The translations under genes were made by a program, and so were the position numbers. DNA of 32,000 bases from Pseudidiomarina andamanensis (GTDB lineage: Bacteria > Pseudomonadota > Gammaproteobacteria > Enterobacterales > Alteromonadaceae). Below the pieces are notes generated by a model. The model saw only the letters and a program-made list of their open reading frames with translations, was not told the origin of the DNA and searched no databases. Of this stretch, positions 30,301 to 32,000 are shown piece after piece. Positions within the stretch are counted from its first letter, which is position 1. Each line of letters starts with the position of its first letter. The stretch is from the NCBI RefSeq assembly GCF_009734345.1, contig NZ_CP032551.1, positions 1,530,001 to 1,562,000 of the forward strand. The letters are read 5' to 3'.

Positions 30301-31824
30301 TTACCACTTACGGGTCACTTCATAAATATCGGTACGGCGATCTTTCAAGTTCGTCACCGAACCTTCGTGATGTAAATATCGCAATTCATCTAAGTTCAGA
30401 TCAGAAAAAATGAGCTGCTCAGTATTCGGCGTGGTTTCGGCCAAAATCGCATCATATGGAAACGCAAAATCCGACGGCGAGAAAACCGCTGACTGCGCAT
30501 ATTGAACATCGAGACTCTCAACCTGCGGCAAGTTACCAACGCTACCGCAAGTCACCACGTAACATTCGTTTTCAACGGCGCGGGCTTGAGCGCAATGACG
30601 CACGCGCAAATAAGCGTTACGAGTATCGGTCCAGAACGGCACAAATAGAATTTCTAAGCCTTCGTTTGCCATCAAGCGACCCAGTTCAGGAAATTCGACG
30701 TCGTAACAGATCAAAATACCCACTTTACCGGCATCTGTATCGAAAACACGTACCTGATCGCCACCTTCAATTACCCAGTCACGCTTCTCATGCGGGGTCA
30801 CATGAATTTTACGTTGTTCCTCTACCGTTCCATCACGACGACACAGATACGAAACGTTATAAATGACATCGTCTTCATTAATCGGCATTGAGCCGGTAAT
30901 AATATTGACGTTGTAGCTCACGGCCATTTGTGACATTTCACGCTTAAAGCGCTCAGTGAATCCCGCTAAGAAACGAATCGCGTCTTTTTGCTGACTCTGG
31001 TCAGTTAAACCCATTAACGGCGCGTTGAAAAACTCAGGGAAAACCGCGAAGTCACTCTGATAACTTGAAATGGCATCGACGAAATACTCCACTTGGCGAA
31101 GCATTTCTTCAACCGAGTCAATTTCACGCATTTGCCACTGTACCGCACCTACTCGCACATTACGGATACGTGAGCCAAGAATATTGTCCGATGGCTCATA
31201 CAAGAAGTTATTCCATTCCAACAGGGTAGCAAAACCCACTGAACGTTTATCTTCCGGCAAGTACTTACCCAATAAACGTTTGACGGTGAAGTCATTTGCT
31301 AGCTGGAAGGTCAAAATTGGGTCATAGATTTCTCGGCGATGCACCGCCTCAATATATTGCCCTGGCGTCATCTCATCGGCATATTTATGGAAGTTCACAA
31401 TCCGGCCACCGGCAAGAATCGCCTTTAGGTTAGACTGCCGACAAAGTTCTTTACGCGCATCATACAAGCGTCGGCCAAGGCGGTAACCACGATAATCCGG
31501 GTGAATTAAGACATCTAGGCCATAAATGGCATCACCCTTGCGATCATTCAGAATATTCTCCCGCGCATCCATTAAATCATCGTAAGTATGCGGGTTACTA
31601 AAGCGGGCGTATTTCACCTTCACCGTCAGCGCAACGCCAACAAGTTGTCCATTGTCTTCAAGACAAATTTGGCCCTCGGGAAATTCTTGAACCAATTTCA
31701 AAATGGTATGCTCACCCCAAGCCCCACCAATATCGGGATAAACCTTATCCATCAAGGCCTTTAATTGTGGGTAATCTTCTTTGCGAAGATTGCGTAACTG
31801 TAAGTGAAGTTCATCCGGGCTCAT
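30301..31824 (-). CDS. Bifunctional GNAT-family acyltransferase / carbon-nitrogen hydrolase (nitrilase superfamily) fusion protein
   Basis: The N-terminal ~200 aa form a GNAT fold (VLIHPDYRGYRLGRRLYDA, the acyl-CoA-binding R/Q-x-x-G-x-G/A motif). The C-terminal ~290 aa form a CN-hydrolase domain with an intact Glu-Lys-Cys triad (AVFPEFF; RKIHVTP; GILICYDVEFPE). I place the start at the ATG at 31824 (AAGGA 5 nt upstream), but the ATG at 31830 and the TTG at 31851 cannot be excluded. Confidence 0.8.
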   Translation of the reverse strand: MSPDELHLQLRNLRKEDYPQLKALMDKVYPDIGGAWGEHTILKLVQEFPEGQICLEDNGQLVGVALTVKVKYARFSNPHTYDDLMDARENILNDRKGDAIYGLDVLIHPDYRGYRLGRRLYDARKELCRQSNLKAILAGGRIVNFHKYADEMTPGQYIEAVHRREIYDPILTFQLANDFTVKRLLGKYLPEDKRSVGFATLLEWNNFLYEPSDNILGSRIRNVRVGAVQWQMREIDSVEEMLRQVEYFVDAISSYQSDFAVFPEFFNAPLMGLTDQSQQKDAIRFLAGFTERFKREMSQMAVSYNVNIITGSMPINEDDVIYNVSYLCRRDGTVEEQRKIHVTPHEKRDWVIEGGDQVRVFDTDAGKVGILICYDVEFPELGRLMANEGLEILFVPFWTDTRNAYLRVRHCAQARAVENECYVVTCGSVGNLPQVESLDVQYAQSAVFSPSDFAFPYDAILAETTPNTEQLIFSDLNLDELRYLHHEGSVTNLKDRRTDIYEVTRKW

Positions 31825-31954
31825 AGACATCCTTTGTGGTTCTGTGTACAACTTGAATTAAAGGTAAGCGTTCTACGCGATGCTTGCAACGTCAAGATAA
31901 GACATATAAACTTCTGGACGTCTAAATAACAACACGACTGAAGCAAGGAATTTT

Positions 31955-32000
31955 ATGACACAGCCAGCCAGTGCCAAGGCACTTTTGCCACTTGGTTTAT
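31955..32000 (+). CDS. 5' end of an unidentified CDS (MTQPASAKALLPLGL...), probably a membrane protein
   Basis: ATG with AAGGA 5 nt upstream. Only 15 codons lie inside the window, which is too few to identify the product. Confidence 0.35.
   Translation, partial: MTQPASAKALLPLGL

Noticed and set aside
30272-30307. Apparent 7-nt overlap between the GNAT-CN-hydrolase gene and the acyl-CoA ligase gene, implied by the ORF-track coordinates
   Set aside because: The overlap depends on an SD-less GTG at 30307. An ATG at 30271 with AAGGA 6 nt upstream is a much better start, leaving a 29-nt gap. The genes are still probably co-transcribed but do not overlap.

Overview
The window is a densely packed (about 95% coding), mostly core-genome segment of a gammaproteobacterium. 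Synteny blocks match E. coli: ubiD-fre, trxA-rho with divergent rhlB-gppA, ubiE-ubiJ-ubiB-tatABC..tatD, and trmH-recG. Spot counts put GC at roughly 45-50%, and the proteins look Alteromonadales-like (inference). I found no tRNA or rRNA genes, CRISPR arrays, transposases, integrases, or recognisable defence genes. The clearest feature missing from the ORF track is a canonical TPP (THI-box) riboswitch at 5359-5461 on the minus strand. It heads an apparent four-gene operon: TonB-dependent receptor, PnuC-family (PnuT-like) transporter, ThiK-like kinase and an MFS transporter. Four small non-core modules are the best candidates for uncharacterised biology. (1) A GNAT + carbon-nitrogen-hydrolase fusion protein sits directly upstream of a long-chain acyl-CoA ligase and converges on a signal-peptide-bearing M20D amidohydrolase (27.2-31.8 kb). 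(2) A tandem pair of secreted or lipoprotein DUF1566 proteins, one with two Calx-beta domains, lies next to a membrane-anchored EEP phosphoesterase (7.8-10.9 kb). (3) An orphan Sec-secreted gene is inserted between tatC and tatD and is translationally coupled to tatD. (4) A 7TMR-DISM GGDEF cyclase is wedged between tatD and hemB. Other oddities are a GppA/Ppx homologue lacking its whole C-terminal half, two convergent gene pairs with no intergenic space, and two perfect or near-perfect AT-rich palindromes in promoter regions. Several ORF-track starts are TTG/GTG over-extensions, and I have trimmed them to ATG codons with Shine-Dalgarno (SD) support. I see nothing that demonstrates a novel system. 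The candidates are hypotheses that need database and comparative checks I cannot run.
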